Shown here: positions 47,923-59,608 of the stretch, one piece after another
Numbering within the stretch: the stretch's first letter is position 1
How the letters are laid out: the number at the start of each line of letters is the position of its first letter
Source: Candidatus Bathyarchaeia archaeon
Lineage (GTDB): Archaea > Thermoproteota > Bathyarchaeia > Bathyarchaeales > DTEX01
DNA: 64,000 nucleotides
Direction of reading: 5' to 3'
Assembly: GCA_038859955.1 (NCBI GenBank)
Contig: JAWCEH010000002.1
Span: 3,306-67,305 of the forward strand
The notes under the pieces: model-generated
What the model was told of the DNA's origin: nothing
Database searches by the model: none
What the model saw: only the letters and a program-made list of their open reading frames with translations
Made by a program: the position numbers and the translations under genes

Positions 47923-48591
47923 TTATAATATTCTCATTGCCCAAAGTATCCCGTTCAGCAGATGTATTCTGAACCAATCTTCGCTCCAAATTTCCTTAAA
48001 GTGCCCAAAAGCTGTATAGAAAACTCTACCCTCTCCGTAGTTGTGGCACCAGCAGAGCGCATAATCATTATCTGGTCTTGTTCCCTTATTTAAATCAACA
48101 GATCTATTGTCCAAGCTTATTAGAACATGAGTTCTATCACGCGACCAATCTCTAAACGTATAGACTTCTTCTTTAACGCTAAATCTTTCTGGTAAATGCT
48201 TGGTTGCCGGATGGTTTCTATCTTCAACTATGGCAGTGATCTCTTGCGTCCATGGGTGGCTATGAAAATATCCACCCAGCATTCTTCCATATTCCGGGAA
48301 TTTATAGAACGTGTCTGCAGCGTTATGTATACCTATGAAGCCCTTTCCGCTTTTAATGGCATTTATAAAATCTTTTTTCTGTTCATCTGTTATTGGTAAT
48401 TCGCCTGTTGTTGCAAATAGGATTGCGTCAAACTTTTCTAGATCTCTCTGGTTTAGGAGGCTGCAATCATCTGTAGCAACGACATTAAACATCTTGGATT
48501 CAATGCCTAGATTTTTCACAACTTCCATAGCAACTGGTAGATAATCGTGCTTAAAGCCAGCTGAATGCGTTATCATAATAAGGCTTTTCAT
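47923..48591 (-). CDS. ThuA-like (trehalose utilisation) domain protein
   Basis: HNYGEGRVFYTAFGH near the C-terminus and a class-I glutamine-amidotransferase-like fold pattern. Confidence 0.7.
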   Translation of the reverse strand: MKSLIMITHSAGFKHDYLPVAMEVVKNLGIESKMFNVVATDDCSLLNQRDLEKFDAILFATTGELPITDEQKKDFINAIKSGKGFIGIHNAADTFYKFPEYGRMLGGYFHSHPWTQEITAIVEDRNHPATKHLPERFSVKEEVYTFRDWSRDRTHVLISLDNRSVDLNKGTRPDNDYALCWCHNYGEGRVFYTAFGHFKEIWSEDWFRIHLLNGILWAMRIL

Positions 48592-48703
48592 ATTCCAAAC
48601 CTCATTATTAATTTGGTATAGGCTTAAATAATTTTTCTCTTAAATATTTAATGAGACTAGATTATAATCCATATTCTCAGGGGTTTTATGCGTTGAAGAT
48701 GTT

Positions 48704-49297
48704 TTAGCGGCGCTCCCCCTTAATCTTTTTGACTAATGCCTCTATTTTCTCAGCCGCATCATTTAGGATTTCAGTAGTCTCCTTAACCACTTGCTCACTG
48801 AATCGCTCTTCGAGAACCTCCCTTAAGTCGATGAAAGCCTTAATGAGCCGTTCTAGAGATTCTTGTGATTCATCCACTCTTCTCCCTACGGGTGGTGGGA
48901 ACCATATGAGGTGAGGGGCGAATAAAGCCATTTTCCGCATCTTCTCCCGTATTTTGGATTGTTCCTCCAGAAGCTTTAATCCCTGCTCGGTTACTGTGTA
49001 GCGTCTCATTCCACTTTCAATGCCTAGAACTTCTTTAATGTAACCTTTATCTTGCAACCATGCTAAAAGCGGATAAATGGAACCTGGACTAGGTTTCCAA
49101 AAACCATGCGTCTCTTTTTCTATAGCATCCATTATCTCTGAACCCGACATTGGTTTTTCCTTTAACAGTTGCAGAACGCGAAATCTTAAGAAGCCTTTAG
49201 GAACACAAGCCATATGCTTCTTCATATTTTTCCATGGACCGTGATGTATGGGTGGAGGCGGTGGGTTACAATCCTCGCCATAATGACGCCCAAACAT
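48704..49297 (-). CDS. PadR-family transcriptional regulator with a Pro-rich N-extension and a long C-terminal helical domain
   Basis: PMSGSEIMDAIEKETHGFWKPSPGSIYPLLAWLQDKGYI is the typical PadR wHTH. Confidence 0.8.
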   Translation of the reverse strand: MFGRHYGEDCNPPPPPIHHGPWKNMKKHMACVPKGFLRFRVLQLLKEKPMSGSEIMDAIEKETHGFWKPSPGSIYPLLAWLQDKGYIKEVLGIESGMRRYTVTEQGLKLLEEQSKIREKMRKMALFAPHLIWFPPPVGRRVDESQESLERLIKAFIDLREVLEERFSEQVVKETTEILNDAAEKIEALVKKIKGERR

Positions 49298-49369
49298 TGT
49301 ATCACCATTGATATCAAATTTGATATTCAGTCATATAAACTTATCCCTAAAGGCACAAAATGATTTTAA

Positions 49370-50359
<990 letters not shown>

Positions 50360-50362
50360 GTA

Positions 50363-53257
50363 TTAAACTTGAAACTTGAGGGTTCTTCTATCTTCCCAGT
50401 ATTGTCTAGTCTTAAGAAATTGTATTTTAGCCTTAAGAAGATCCATGTAGAAATCCTCCTCATTCATATGCATCTTACTTAGAATTCTATATGCTGTCTC
50501 TGGACCAACGCCCATGACTTGCAGAGCAATAACCGCTTGTTTTCCATAACTTAGAACCAAGTCAGCTACTCTTCGGGCTTGCGAGAGCTCTCTACTCTCA
50601 TCTTCAGTTAACCGTTCTCCTTTAAAGCGTTTACTCACTATCTGCCTGATCCGCTCTAAATTCTGTCCATCCTTAAGGCATGTTATAAGCGATGAGCTAC
50701 ACTCCTTACATAACAGTTTATCAGGCATATTCCTAATTACCATTTTATCAGACCATTTCAGGCATGAAAGGCACAACAACCTAACTGTTCGCGCTTCAAC
50801 AGACTTTTTCATACGCTCTATATTGCTCATTAAAACATGCTTTGGCGCCATAAATTCGGATATATCCGAGTAAATGGATAATATATGGTAGGCCATGGGG
50901 GAGGGTTGTTCCTTAGAGAGTAATGTTTTAACTTGTATGCTGCCGGATTTAATGAATTCTAACATCTCTTTCGTGGACTCTAGGTCAACCTTTTCTCTCA
51001 AAGCTTCTTTAAGAGCCTCCTCGTATATTGGGGTACCTTTGAATCTTCCAGGTAACCTCTCAATCTCCTTCGGCGACATTGTTCGGCCTCTAGGTAAAGC
51101 GCCAAATCGCTCCGCGATGGCCTTCATATTGCTTGTGAATGGAAAGCGAGCTTTAAGGTATTCCATGAAAGCCTTTTCTACATCCTCGCCGCTCAAGCCT
51201 AGAATTACATCGAGTACTCGCTTTAAATCAGGTTCTTTGACTTTTCGCGTTAACTCCATTAATATGCGGTAGCTGTCATTCCACCAGCCAACTATTAGCT
51301 CTTCATCAGAGAGTATCGCATCTAGTATGCATCCAAGAGACCTATTTACAAGCTCGCCGAAGCACGCATGAATTATAATGTAGCGGTCAAAACCCTCAAC
51401 AACGATACATCTATCTGTTGGAACTGGTAGGCCGCGTTTAATATGCTCGCCAATCTCTTCAACAACGCTGCGTACAACGTTTGGCTCAACAGAAAGTTTT
51501 GCAGCAATTTTCGAGGTTAACTTCTCAACGTTTTCTTCTCGCTTTAGTTCCTCGAGGATCTCAGCTCTAATTTTACCAGCATCCAATGCTAAGCTTAAGG
51601 GAACCGGGATCATCTCCCCATCCCAGCCTGGAACAGCTGCCATAGGATCTTCTGATGGGACAACATAAACCGCTCCGCTTTCATCGTCTATCTCAACAAT
51701 CCGCCAGACTCTTCCCTTGCATATAAAGTTCAGACCAATTCGAGCCCTTAATGCCATGAATTCATCGCCTAAATCACCTATCCTACGATCGGAGACTACA
51801 TCTATCACTGGGTAAAGCCTTTCATCCGGGATCATTGAAATGTTCTCATAGTAGTATCGTCTAGATCTTTCAGCCCTTCTCAAAACGTTTTCCTCCAAAT
51901 GAACCTCCTTTAGAACCTCAAGATACTTAACAACCTCCAAAAATTTAATCTTTGATAAAAGCCTATAGGGATAGGCTCTGCGAATAATATTTAGAGCCTC
52001 ATCAACAGATATCTCACCCATATCCATTACTAAACCTACAATTTGGTGGGCTAGAACATCAAGGGCATTCTCATAAATTACTACTGGTTCAAAGAGGTTT
52101 TCGCTTGCTCGTCTAACAGCTGCGATTGATTCCAGAGTATCATCTGTAAAAGCTGATATGATGATGCCCTTAGATGCAAGGTCAATTTTATGGCCGCTCC
52201 TACCCACCCTCTGAATTAGGTTTGAAACCTTTCTTGGCGATAAATACTGGATTACTAAGTTAATATGACCTATATCTATACCTAATTCTAAAGTACTTGT
52301 GCAAACAATAGCCTTAAGCGCGCCCATCCTAAATTGATCCTCTATAGCTTTTCTTTCCTCCTTAGATAGAGAACCGTGATGAACAGCTATATCAGACGAT
52401 AGATTGCTAAGTCTGTAACCCAGCATCTCAGCGTTCGTTCTGCTATTAACAAATATCAGCGTTGATCCTCTATCATTAACTATCTCTAAGATGCGTCTTA
52501 ACCTAGCGGTAGCCTCAGGGCTGGTCCCGATCTTTCCGGCTAAATTATAATCCTCGTCTCTTGGAATTGGATATTCAACATGATACTCATAGCCTTTCGG
52601 AATTGAAACGTTGATAATTTTTACTAGACGGTTAACGCCAGCCACGAATGCTGCTATCTCCTCAGGGTTTCCAACAGTTGCGGATAAACCAATTCTCTGA
52701 AACTCTTTGCCCGTTAATTCATATAGCCTTTCAAGAGCAACCGTTAACTGTACGCCACGCTTAGTACCAGCTAGTTCATGAACCTCATCAATTATAACAA
52801 AACGGACACCACGAAGGTTCCTACGCATTAATCGTCCAGGTAAAACCGTTTGAAGGGCTTCAGGTGTCATTATAAGCATGTCTGGTGGATTAAGTGCCTG
52901 CTTTCTGCGAACCCTAGATTCGGTATCTCCATGCCTAACTTCAACCGTAAAATGTAGTATTTCCGCCCATGATTGAATCCTCTTAACTAGATCCCTATTA
53001 AGTGCTCTAAGTGGTGTGATGTAAAGTATAGATATACCCTCCTTGTTCGGCATAGTCATAAATTGCGAGAAAACTGGTAGCAAAGCTGCCTCAGTTTTTC
53101 CGCTACCGGTTGGAGCGATTAATAGTACATTCTCCCCGTTCATGATCACTGGTATAGCTTTTTTCTGAGGTTCCGTTGGGTCAGATAGACCCATCCTTTT
53201 TAAGGCACAGCGAACACTCGTCGAGAGCAAATCAAAAGCATTAGGTTCCAATTTCAC
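50363..53257 (-). CDS. lhr: Lhr-type large ATP-dependent helicase
   Basis: APTGSGKT (motif I), DEVH box (IIDEVHEL), QRVGRSGH (motif VI), and a long Lhr-like C-terminal region with a Cys-rich module. 964 aa. Confidence 0.88.
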   Translation of the reverse strand: MKLEPNAFDLLSTSVRCALKRMGLSDPTEPQKKAIPVIMNGENVLLIAPTGSGKTEAALLPVFSQFMTMPNKEGISILYITPLRALNRDLVKRIQSWAEILHFTVEVRHGDTESRVRRKQALNPPDMLIMTPEALQTVLPGRLMRRNLRGVRFVIIDEVHELAGTKRGVQLTVALERLYELTGKEFQRIGLSATVGNPEEIAAFVAGVNRLVKIINVSIPKGYEYHVEYPIPRDEDYNLAGKIGTSPEATARLRRILEIVNDRGSTLIFVNSRTNAEMLGYRLSNLSSDIAVHHGSLSKEERKAIEDQFRMGALKAIVCTSTLELGIDIGHINLVIQYLSPRKVSNLIQRVGRSGHKIDLASKGIIISAFTDDTLESIAAVRRASENLFEPVVIYENALDVLAHQIVGLVMDMGEISVDEALNIIRRAYPYRLLSKIKFLEVVKYLEVLKEVHLEENVLRRAERSRRYYYENISMIPDERLYPVIDVVSDRRIGDLGDEFMALRARIGLNFICKGRVWRIVEIDDESGAVYVVPSEDPMAAVPGWDGEMIPVPLSLALDAGKIRAEILEELKREENVEKLTSKIAAKLSVEPNVVRSVVEEIGEHIKRGLPVPTDRCIVVEGFDRYIIIHACFGELVNRSLGCILDAILSDEELIVGWWNDSYRILMELTRKVKEPDLKRVLDVILGLSGEDVEKAFMEYLKARFPFTSNMKAIAERFGALPRGRTMSPKEIERLPGRFKGTPIYEEALKEALREKVDLESTKEMLEFIKSGSIQVKTLLSKEQPSPMAYHILSIYSDISEFMAPKHVLMSNIERMKKSVEARTVRLLCLSCLKWSDKMVIRNMPDKLLCKECSSSLITCLKDGQNLERIRQIVSKRFKGERLTEDESRELSQARRVADLVLSYGKQAVIALQVMGVGPETAYRILSKMHMNEEDFYMDLLKAKIQFLKTRQYWEDRRTLKFQV

Positions 53258-53451
53258 ACCAATTAATTTAGAAATATTTTTCTCATTTAAATTTTAGATG
53301 CGAAGTTTCCCAATAAATAGCAAATGTTATTATTTCTCATCAAAAATTCCTAAAGTTGGGAATTCCAAGAAAAATTTTACTTTATAGAATATGATATTGA
53401 AAAAAGAGATTTATGTAAGCTTAAAAGGAATTAATTCTTCAGGGAACATTA

Positions 53452-54894
53452 ATGCAGAAACTTAGGAGCGCTCTTATTTTACTAGTGCTTTTTCTCATTC
53501 TCTCCATTAATATAGGTTTAATTTGCTTTTTGCTTCGACTTGAAAGCGAAATATCCTCGTTAAGCAAAGAAATTTTTGAGATCAAAAAATTTTATGAAAC
53601 CCTATCTCACATAATGCTATACATGAGCTATGATAATTATGGAGGATTTCAGAGCTTACACGCTAAAGCAACGGGATTCTTTCACGTAGAAGAAGTTTAT
53701 GGAAGGTTTTGGCTAGTAGATCCGGAGGGCAATCTTTTCATATCAAAGGGCGTTAATCACGTGAATTTTTTAAGCGACTATGCTCCTTCGCTTGGATATC
53801 ATCCTTACAATAGATATGTTTCAGAAAAATATGGTTCAGCTGAAAGATGGGCTGAGGAAACCCTTGCCAGGCTCCGTAAGTGGGGTTTTAACACCATAGG
53901 CGCATGGTCAAGTGAAGAAACATATAACAAAGGCATGCCGTACACAATAATTCTCAACACAGCCCTTGCGGCTGGCGCAGACTGGCAAACTGGGAAGATC
54001 GCTGATTATTTCTCTAAAGAGTTTGAGGCAACTGTAGAAAATATTGCAAGCAAAATATGTGCACAAAGAAAAAACGACCCCTATCTAATTGGATATTTCA
54101 CTGACAACGAGTTAAGATGGACTGCCGATTGGAGATCAAGCAACGAGCTCTTTGACGATTATTTGCTCCTACCACCGGAGACCGAGGGGAAAAAGGCGCT
54201 TGTTAAATTTCTTAAAGAAAGATACGATGATATATCAGCGTTAAACAGGGCTTGGGGTACAAATTTCTCATCCTTCAATGATTTGCTGTCAGCAAAAAGC
54301 GCCCCTAAAACGCCAGCTGCCAAAGCTGATAGACTTGCCTTCCTTCGTCTAATTTCAGAACGCTATTTTAGGGTAACATATAATGTTATTAAGAAATATG
54401 ACCCAAACCATTTAATTCTAGGATGTCGTTTCGCGTACAGACCTCCCAACGAGGTTCTCATGGGTTGCATCGGATACGTTGACATTATTTCGGTTAATTG
54501 CTACACAAATCCATATAGCAACGATCTTGAGATAAGGCTTAAAGACTTTAAGGAAATTCACGAGATAACAGGGTTACCTATAATGATAACTGAATTCTCC
54601 TTTAAAGCGATGGACTCGGGTCTTCCAAACACTAAAGGTGCCGGTGTGCCAGTTAGGACACAAACAGAACGAGCCAAATACTATGAAGAATACGTTAAAA
54701 CTATAGTTAAACAACCGTTCGTGGTTGGTTACCACTGGTTTCAATACGCTGATCAACCACGTGAAGGTAGATTTGATGGCGAAAATAGCAATTTTGGGCT
54801 AGTAACAATTCGGGATGAACCTTGGGAAATACTTATTCAAAAAGCGACCATCGTGAATCTGAGAGCTGAAATTCTACATTTAGAGGGTGAATAA
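53452..54894 (+). CDS. Membrane-anchored glycoside hydrolase-like TIM-barrel protein (GH-A clan; family unresolved)
   Basis: N-terminal TM anchor. FFHVEEVYGRFWLVDPEGNLFISKGVNH, FTDNEL and ITEFSF place Glu residues like the acid/base and nucleophile of GH-A enzymes. Confidence 0.65.
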   Translation: MQKLRSALILLVLFLILSINIGLICFLLRLESEISSLSKEIFEIKKFYETLSHIMLYMSYDNYGGFQSLHAKATGFFHVEEVYGRFWLVDPEGNLFISKGVNHVNFLSDYAPSLGYHPYNRYVSEKYGSAERWAEETLARLRKWGFNTIGAWSSEETYNKGMPYTIILNTALAAGADWQTGKIADYFSKEFEATVENIASKICAQRKNDPYLIGYFTDNELRWTADWRSSNELFDDYLLLPPETEGKKALVKFLKERYDDISALNRAWGTNFSSFNDLLSAKSAPKTPAAKADRLAFLRLISERYFRVTYNVIKKYDPNHLILGCRFAYRPPNEVLMGCIGYVDIISVNCYTNPYSNDLEIRLKDFKEIHEITGLPIMITEFSFKAMDSGLPNTKGAGVPVRTQTERAKYYEEYVKTIVKQPFVVGYHWFQYADQPREGRFDGENSNFGLVTIRDEPWEILIQKATIVNLRAEILHLEGE

Positions 54895-54914
54895 AGTAAC
54901 AAAGGAGACCACGT

Positions 54915-55532
54915 ATGCCTAAAAAGACTGGAGAAATTGAGCATTATTTCACATCGAAACCTGGATCTAGACTTGAATTTAGGCAAATACATACAAGTTT
55001 ACGGGGAAGAACCTTTCAATTCTTGACGGCAACAGGGGTTTTCTCCAAGAAGCATATAGATCTTGGCACAAAAGTCCTTATAGAACACATGATTCTACCA
55101 GAGAAGGGTTATGTTTTAGATGTTGGATGTGGATATGGGGCAATCGGTATCGTCGCCGCTGCAGTAAACCCTAACCTATATGTAGTCATGGTCGACATAA
55201 ATGAACGAGCTGTTAGGCTTGTAAAACGGAACATTAAGATTAACGGGGTCAGCAATGCTGAAGTTAGACGCGGCAATCTTTATGAACCAGTCAGAGAGAT
55301 GACCTTTGATTGCATACTTTCTAATCCGCCAATAAGTGCTGGGCTGTCAACTGTCGAGACCATAGTAACTGAGGCGCCGAAACATATGCGAGAAGGAGCC
55401 ATATTACAAATGGTTGTGAAATCTAAGATCGGAAGGGAAAGACTAAGACAGACATTTGAGAAAGTATTTGGTAACTTCACCATTCTAGCAAGGAAAAGTG
55501 GATACCGAGTATTGATGGCTGAGAAAAGGTGA
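54915..55532 (+). CDS. Class I SAM-dependent methyltransferase (RsmC/MJ0882-like small-domain MTase)
   Basis: VLDVGCGYGAIG is the SAM motif I and ILSNPPI is the NPP(I/Y) motif IV. Confidence 0.8.
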   Translation: MPKKTGEIEHYFTSKPGSRLEFRQIHTSLRGRTFQFLTATGVFSKKHIDLGTKVLIEHMILPEKGYVLDVGCGYGAIGIVAAAVNPNLYVVMVDINERAVRLVKRNIKINGVSNAEVRRGNLYEPVREMTFDCILSNPPISAGLSTVETIVTEAPKHMREGAILQMVVKSKIGRERLRQTFEKVFGNFTILARKSGYRVLMAEKR

Positions 55533-55541
55533 CAATTAATC

Positions 55542-56054
55542 CTAACAGTCTCTCCTTAAATATCGTAGAAACTCTTTTAGGGCTAAGATTGAGCCATATG
55601 CAAAATTTTTCTCCTCCCTCTCTAGCGCTTCTTTAACCTTCTCTATGCTTGCGAATTCTCCATCTGAGATTTCTTCGCTGTTAAGCCTAAATGGTCCATT
55701 ATGTTTGCAAACATAAAGAACGGAGATTTCACGTTCAGTCTCCGAAAAGCATTTAAATTTACATATCTCTTTTAATACGGCTTCTATACCAAGTTCCTCT
55801 TTAAGCTCTCTTCTTGCCGCATCTTCATAGCTCTCGCCATAATCAACATGACCGGTCGCTGAGCATGCATAGCAACCCGGATAAAGATCCTTGCTCATCG
55901 AGCGCCTCTGAAGAAAGATCTCGTTCCTATCATTTAAGACTATAACATAGACTGATCTATGGATTAACCTCATTTTATGGCACTCGCTTCTAGTCGCCCT
56001 CCCTATGACATTATCGTTCTCATCTACAACATAGAAGTATTCATCCATTTGCAT
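55542..56054 (-). CDS. NUDIX hydrolase
   Basis: Nudix box GHVDYGESYEDAARRELKEELGI. Confidence 0.85.
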   Translation of the reverse strand: MQMDEYFYVVDENDNVIGRATRSECHKMRLIHRSVYVIVLNDRNEIFLQRRSMSKDLYPGCYACSATGHVDYGESYEDAARRELKEELGIEAVLKEICKFKCFSETEREISVLYVCKHNGPFRLNSEEISDGEFASIEKVKEALEREEKNFAYGSILALKEFLRYLRRDC

Positions 56055-56125
56055 CTCTCCAAGAGAGGATTAAAGATGATTTCAGAAGTTTATAATAAAT
56101 TTAACTTTATGAAGATACTAGATTT

Positions 56126-57103
56126 TTGGGAGGAACATTTATGGTTAAGTGGATCTTTACCCATAGCGATGGGGATGGCATATGCTCTAGTGCGCTGGCT
56201 TTAGCCGCTAACCCAGATGCAAGAGTCTTCTTCACGCATCCATACGGGCTACTAGAGGATTTAGAAAATGCCAGAGTCGGCGACACAGTTATAATATGCG
56301 ATATAGCCTTATCGGATGACAAATTAAAAGAAAAACTAGAAAGATTTTCAGCCTTTAATAGCGCTGGCGAACTTATCTATATTGATCATCATCCATTACC
56401 CGAGGGAATATCCCAGGAGAATATTCCTGGAAGAGTTATCCATAAAACTAATTCATCAGCATCCGAGCTCGCATACGCGTTTTTCCATAACAGTATAAGC
56501 CGGCCAGTAAGCCGAGCAGCAATATACGGCGCTATATCCGACTACATGGATAATACGCCAGTAATAAATCATCTGCTCTGCAATTGGGATAAGAGAGCGA
56601 TATATTTTGAGACTGGAGTTTTAGTTCAAGGACTGGAAGGACGTAAGAAGGACCATGAATTTAAACGTAAAGTTGTTGCACATCTATCTACGGGTCAGCC
56701 ACCAAGCTTGTGTCTTGATCTTCTTGAATCAGCGGTAGAGAATACTAAAAGAGAGGAAGAGATAATTCAAGTGTTGAATGATCATATTAAGGTCTACGGT
56801 GAGGTTGCATATGTGCTTGATATACCTTTTTCGCTTGGAAAAACTGCGATTTACGCAAGAGCACTAGCTGGCGTAACAGTCGGGATAGCTGGGGAGAGAA
56901 AAAAGGGGTTTATAGATATGAGCTTAAGAACTTGTGAAGAAGGTTTAGACTTAAACATTTTATTACGTTTCGTAGCTCCTAAGTTCGGTGGAAGTGGTGG
57001 CGGTCATCCGCAAGCGGCGGGGGCTAGAATACCTGAAGAAAACTTTTTGAAATTTATTGAGGAGATAAACGAAGCTATTAGGAATGGGCAGATGGGGAGA
57101 TAA
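56126..57103 (+). CDS. DHH/DHHA1 family phosphoesterase (NrnA/RecJ-like)
   Basis: HSDGDGICS (motif I), ICDIAL (motif II), IDHHP (motif III), and DHHA1 GGSGGGHPQAAG. Confidence 0.82.
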   Translation: MGGTFMVKWIFTHSDGDGICSSALALAANPDARVFFTHPYGLLEDLENARVGDTVIICDIALSDDKLKEKLERFSAFNSAGELIYIDHHPLPEGISQENIPGRVIHKTNSSASELAYAFFHNSISRPVSRAAIYGAISDYMDNTPVINHLLCNWDKRAIYFETGVLVQGLEGRKKDHEFKRKVVAHLSTGQPPSLCLDLLESAVENTKREEEIIQVLNDHIKVYGEVAYVLDIPFSLGKTAIYARALAGVTVGIAGERKKGFIDMSLRTCEEGLDLNILLRFVAPKFGGSGGGHPQAAGARIPEENFLKFIEEINEAIRNGQMGR

Positions 57104-57331
57104 AGGGCTAGCTCGATGGGATCCTGAATATTTATTTTCTGGAATGCTATTATTTTATTCGCCGATGACGAAACCTATGTTCCTGATTGGTGAGGGACCC
57201 TGGGGTATCGGAGGCAATTCTATTCAAAGTAATCGTTTTTAGAGCAAAAATTTTTAAAGGTGTATAGGTGGAATTTCTAGGGCAAAACTGTGTATTTAAG
57301 CAAATGTAGGGCGTGTAAATACTGATGGAGG

Positions 57332-57685
57332 ATGTTCGTTTTGAGTCTTGAAGAGCGTGTTGCCGAGATAGCAAGAACCTATGGTTGGAATGTCGAACTT
57401 AGGAAAAGGCATGGAAGCCGGATTCAAGACCTTATTCTTCAGAGGGGAGGGTTAGTCTTAGTTGTTCAAGTTAAAGATCTGAGCAGTCCAGCTGGACCTA
57501 GAGCTATTACGCAAACAAAGAAGGATTTCGATGAATACATTAGACACTTGCTTGAAGAAAAGCTTGGCGTGACAGTTATTCCCATATTGATCTCGAATGA
57601 TATATCTGAGAAGGCCAAGAAAAGAGCTCTATCATATGGCATTAGACATTATAGGCCGAGCGAAATGGAGAGAATACTCAAGTAA
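57332..57685 (+). CDS. Small PD-(D/E)xK nuclease-fold protein (Mrr-cat / Hjc-like)
   Basis: 117 aa. An E...D...(Q)xK arrangement (LEERVAEI ... IQDLIL ... LVVQVKD) fits a restriction-endonuclease-like core. Confidence 0.55.
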   Translation: MFVLSLEERVAEIARTYGWNVELRKRHGSRIQDLILQRGGLVLVVQVKDLSSPAGPRAITQTKKDFDEYIRHLLEEKLGVTVIPILISNDISEKAKKRALSYGIRHYRPSEMERILK

Positions 57686-57700
57686 AAGAAAAATTGTCTT

Positions 57701-58156
57701 TCAGATTTTAGCAATTAATGTTATCTTCACTTTCTCCTCAGGATTTTTAAGTCTATTAACAAGTTTTCTTGAAAGGTCTGATGCTGCCTTATCAGCTCCA
57801 ATGGCTATCGTTCTACCGCAAACATATTTGCTCTTTCTGACAACAATATCTTTGGGGTGCATAAAAGTTAAACTTGGGCTTCCAAAGGCCCTTATAACCT
57901 CTCTTTCATTACCCACCTCAATGATTACTGTTATCTCGGCATCTGGTTCTCTTGCAACTCTTTTAAACTCATCGTTTAAGTCTCTTGCAGCCTTATTGGC
58001 TCTAACAGCTATTATACAATCGCCTCTCTCCGTTAAATGCTCATCTTTTGTTATCTCAAATGTTGATTTATGCGTTGACTTTACAAGACTATGCCCAAAG
58101 GCGATTATCTCTTCGACCCCTTTCAATAATGCAGCCGCCTCCCTCTGAATAATCAA
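57701..58156 (-). CDS. DUF371-family protein
   Basis: 151 aa. HKSTFEITKDEHLTERGDCIIAV matches my recollection of DUF371. The antisense ORF 57597..58148 is Ser/Leu-rich and is rejected. Confidence 0.6.
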   Translation of the reverse strand: MIIQREAAALLKGVEEIIAFGHSLVKSTHKSTFEITKDEHLTERGDCIIAVRANKAARDLNDEFKRVAREPDAEITVIIEVGNEREVIRAFGSPSLTFMHPKDIVVRKSKYVCGRTIAIGADKAASDLSRKLVNRLKNPEEKVKITLIAKI

Positions 58157-58226
58157 AACTATATATTAACAGTGTTAAACCGACTCCAGAAACTTAATAT
58201 TTTCGTAGTCCGATAAAGAATAGCGG

Positions 58227-59603
58227 ATGGAAAAAAGAATGCTTTCGGCTAATATTTTCAGAGCGTATGATATACGTGGCATTTATGGTTTAGATATGGA
58301 TGAGGAGGTAGCTCGCTTAATAGGGAAGGCATTAGCAACCTTCGTTGATGGTGAAGAAAAGACTTTCATCGTTGGTAAAGATGTTAGATTAAGTAGTGAA
58401 CCACTTAGTGATGCACTTATAAACGGCATGGTTTCCGGTGGATTAAACGTCGAAGACATAGGCATTGTAACAAGCCCGCTTCTATATTTTGCCACTAGAT
58501 ATTATGGTGCAAATGGTGGAGTCATGGTTTCAGCATCACATAACCCGCCAGAGTGGAATGGTTTTAAAATACTACTTGACAAGGGATTCGTATGTATGGG
58601 TATGGGTATGGAGGAACTCAGGGATATAGCGATCAAAGGCTTCTTTAAGGAGGCTAAACCAGGAGTAGTTAAAGCTAACACTAACGCCATTAGGGATTAT
58701 GAGGAGTACATTTCTGAAAGAGTGAGCATCAGCAAGAATTTCAGGATCGTAGCCGACCCTGGGGGAGGCTCATGTACCATGCTTATACCAGAAGTTTATA
58801 AAATGGTTGGTGTTGACATTCACGCGATATATAACGAGCCGAATGGCACCTTTTCTAAACATCCACCTGAACCCAACGAGCAAACATTAGGAGAGCTTAA
58901 AAGACTCGTCTTAGAGAAAGAGGCATGTTTCGGCGTTGGCTTCGATGCAGATGGTGATAGAGCATTTTTTATTGATGATATGGGTCGACTGATTCCAAAC
59001 AATGTAGTTTTAGCTATACTGTCAAGACATTGCTTAAGCAGCTACAAAGGAGCAGCCATAGTTTACGAGGTTAGTTGCTCAATGATAGTTGAGGAAACTA
59101 TAAGGGCCTTTGGCGGGAAACCTATTCTAAGTCGCGTTGGGCACACATATATTTATGATAAGATGGTAAGCGAGAACGCTATTTTAGGCGGTGAGGCTAG
59201 CGGGCACTTTTATTTTAGAGATGTATATTGTTTTGATGATGCTATATATGCGAGTCTTAAAATGGCTGAGGCCATATGTAAGGATGGAAGAAAACTCTCG
59301 GAAATAATTGATTCTCTACCAAAATATCCACAGATATCTGCGAAAAACTATGATTGCCCAGATGAAGAAAAGTTTAGAATCGTCGATGAGCTAGCTGAGG
59401 AGTTTAGAACTATTGGGTATGACATAATAACTATTGATGGCGTCAAAGTTATCACAAAGGATGGTTGGTTTCTTATTAGGCCATCGAACACTCAACCATT
59501 AATAAGATTGACTGTTGAAGCTAGAGATGAGGAGAAACTTAAGGAGTTGACCTTGCATGCTGAAAAAGCAATTCTTGAAAAAATTGAGAAATATAAGGGT
59601 TAA
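58227..59603 (+). CDS. Phosphoglucomutase / phosphomannomutase / phosphoglucosamine mutase family
   Basis: Active-site SASHNPPEWNGFK, metal loop FDADGDR, and the sugar-binding GGEASGH. Confidence 0.9.
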   Translation: MEKRMLSANIFRAYDIRGIYGLDMDEEVARLIGKALATFVDGEEKTFIVGKDVRLSSEPLSDALINGMVSGGLNVEDIGIVTSPLLYFATRYYGANGGVMVSASHNPPEWNGFKILLDKGFVCMGMGMEELRDIAIKGFFKEAKPGVVKANTNAIRDYEEYISERVSISKNFRIVADPGGGSCTMLIPEVYKMVGVDIHAIYNEPNGTFSKHPPEPNEQTLGELKRLVLEKEACFGVGFDADGDRAFFIDDMGRLIPNNVVLAILSRHCLSSYKGAAIVYEVSCSMIVEETIRAFGGKPILSRVGHTYIYDKMVSENAILGGEASGHFYFRDVYCFDDAIYASLKMAEAICKDGRKLSEIIDSLPKYPQISAKNYDCPDEEKFRIVDELAEEFRTIGYDIITIDGVKVITKDGWFLIRPSNTQPLIRLTVEARDEEKLKELTLHAEKAILEKIEKYKG

Positions 59604-59608
59604 ATCGA

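Noticed and set aside
57162-57212. C/D-box sRNA-like arrangement: ccGATGA - 14 nt - CTGA - ttgg - TGAGGGA - 11 nt - CGGA
   Set aside because: The C box is missing its first two consensus positions, the terminal D box is CGGA rather than CUGA, the first spacer is 14 nt instead of about 12, and the terminal stem is only 3 bp. This is not convincing without expression data or a rRNA/tRNA target match.
57597-58148. 183-aa plus-strand ORF overlapping DUF371
   Set aside because: It is Ser/Leu/Ile-rich and antisense to a gene with a recognisable family signature. The same reasoning applies to other long antisense ORFs: 24568..24876, 25276..25635, 35431..36012, 19436..19879, 19892..20248, 14133..14516, 27473..27886, 46383..46805, 47475..47777 and 50895..51272.
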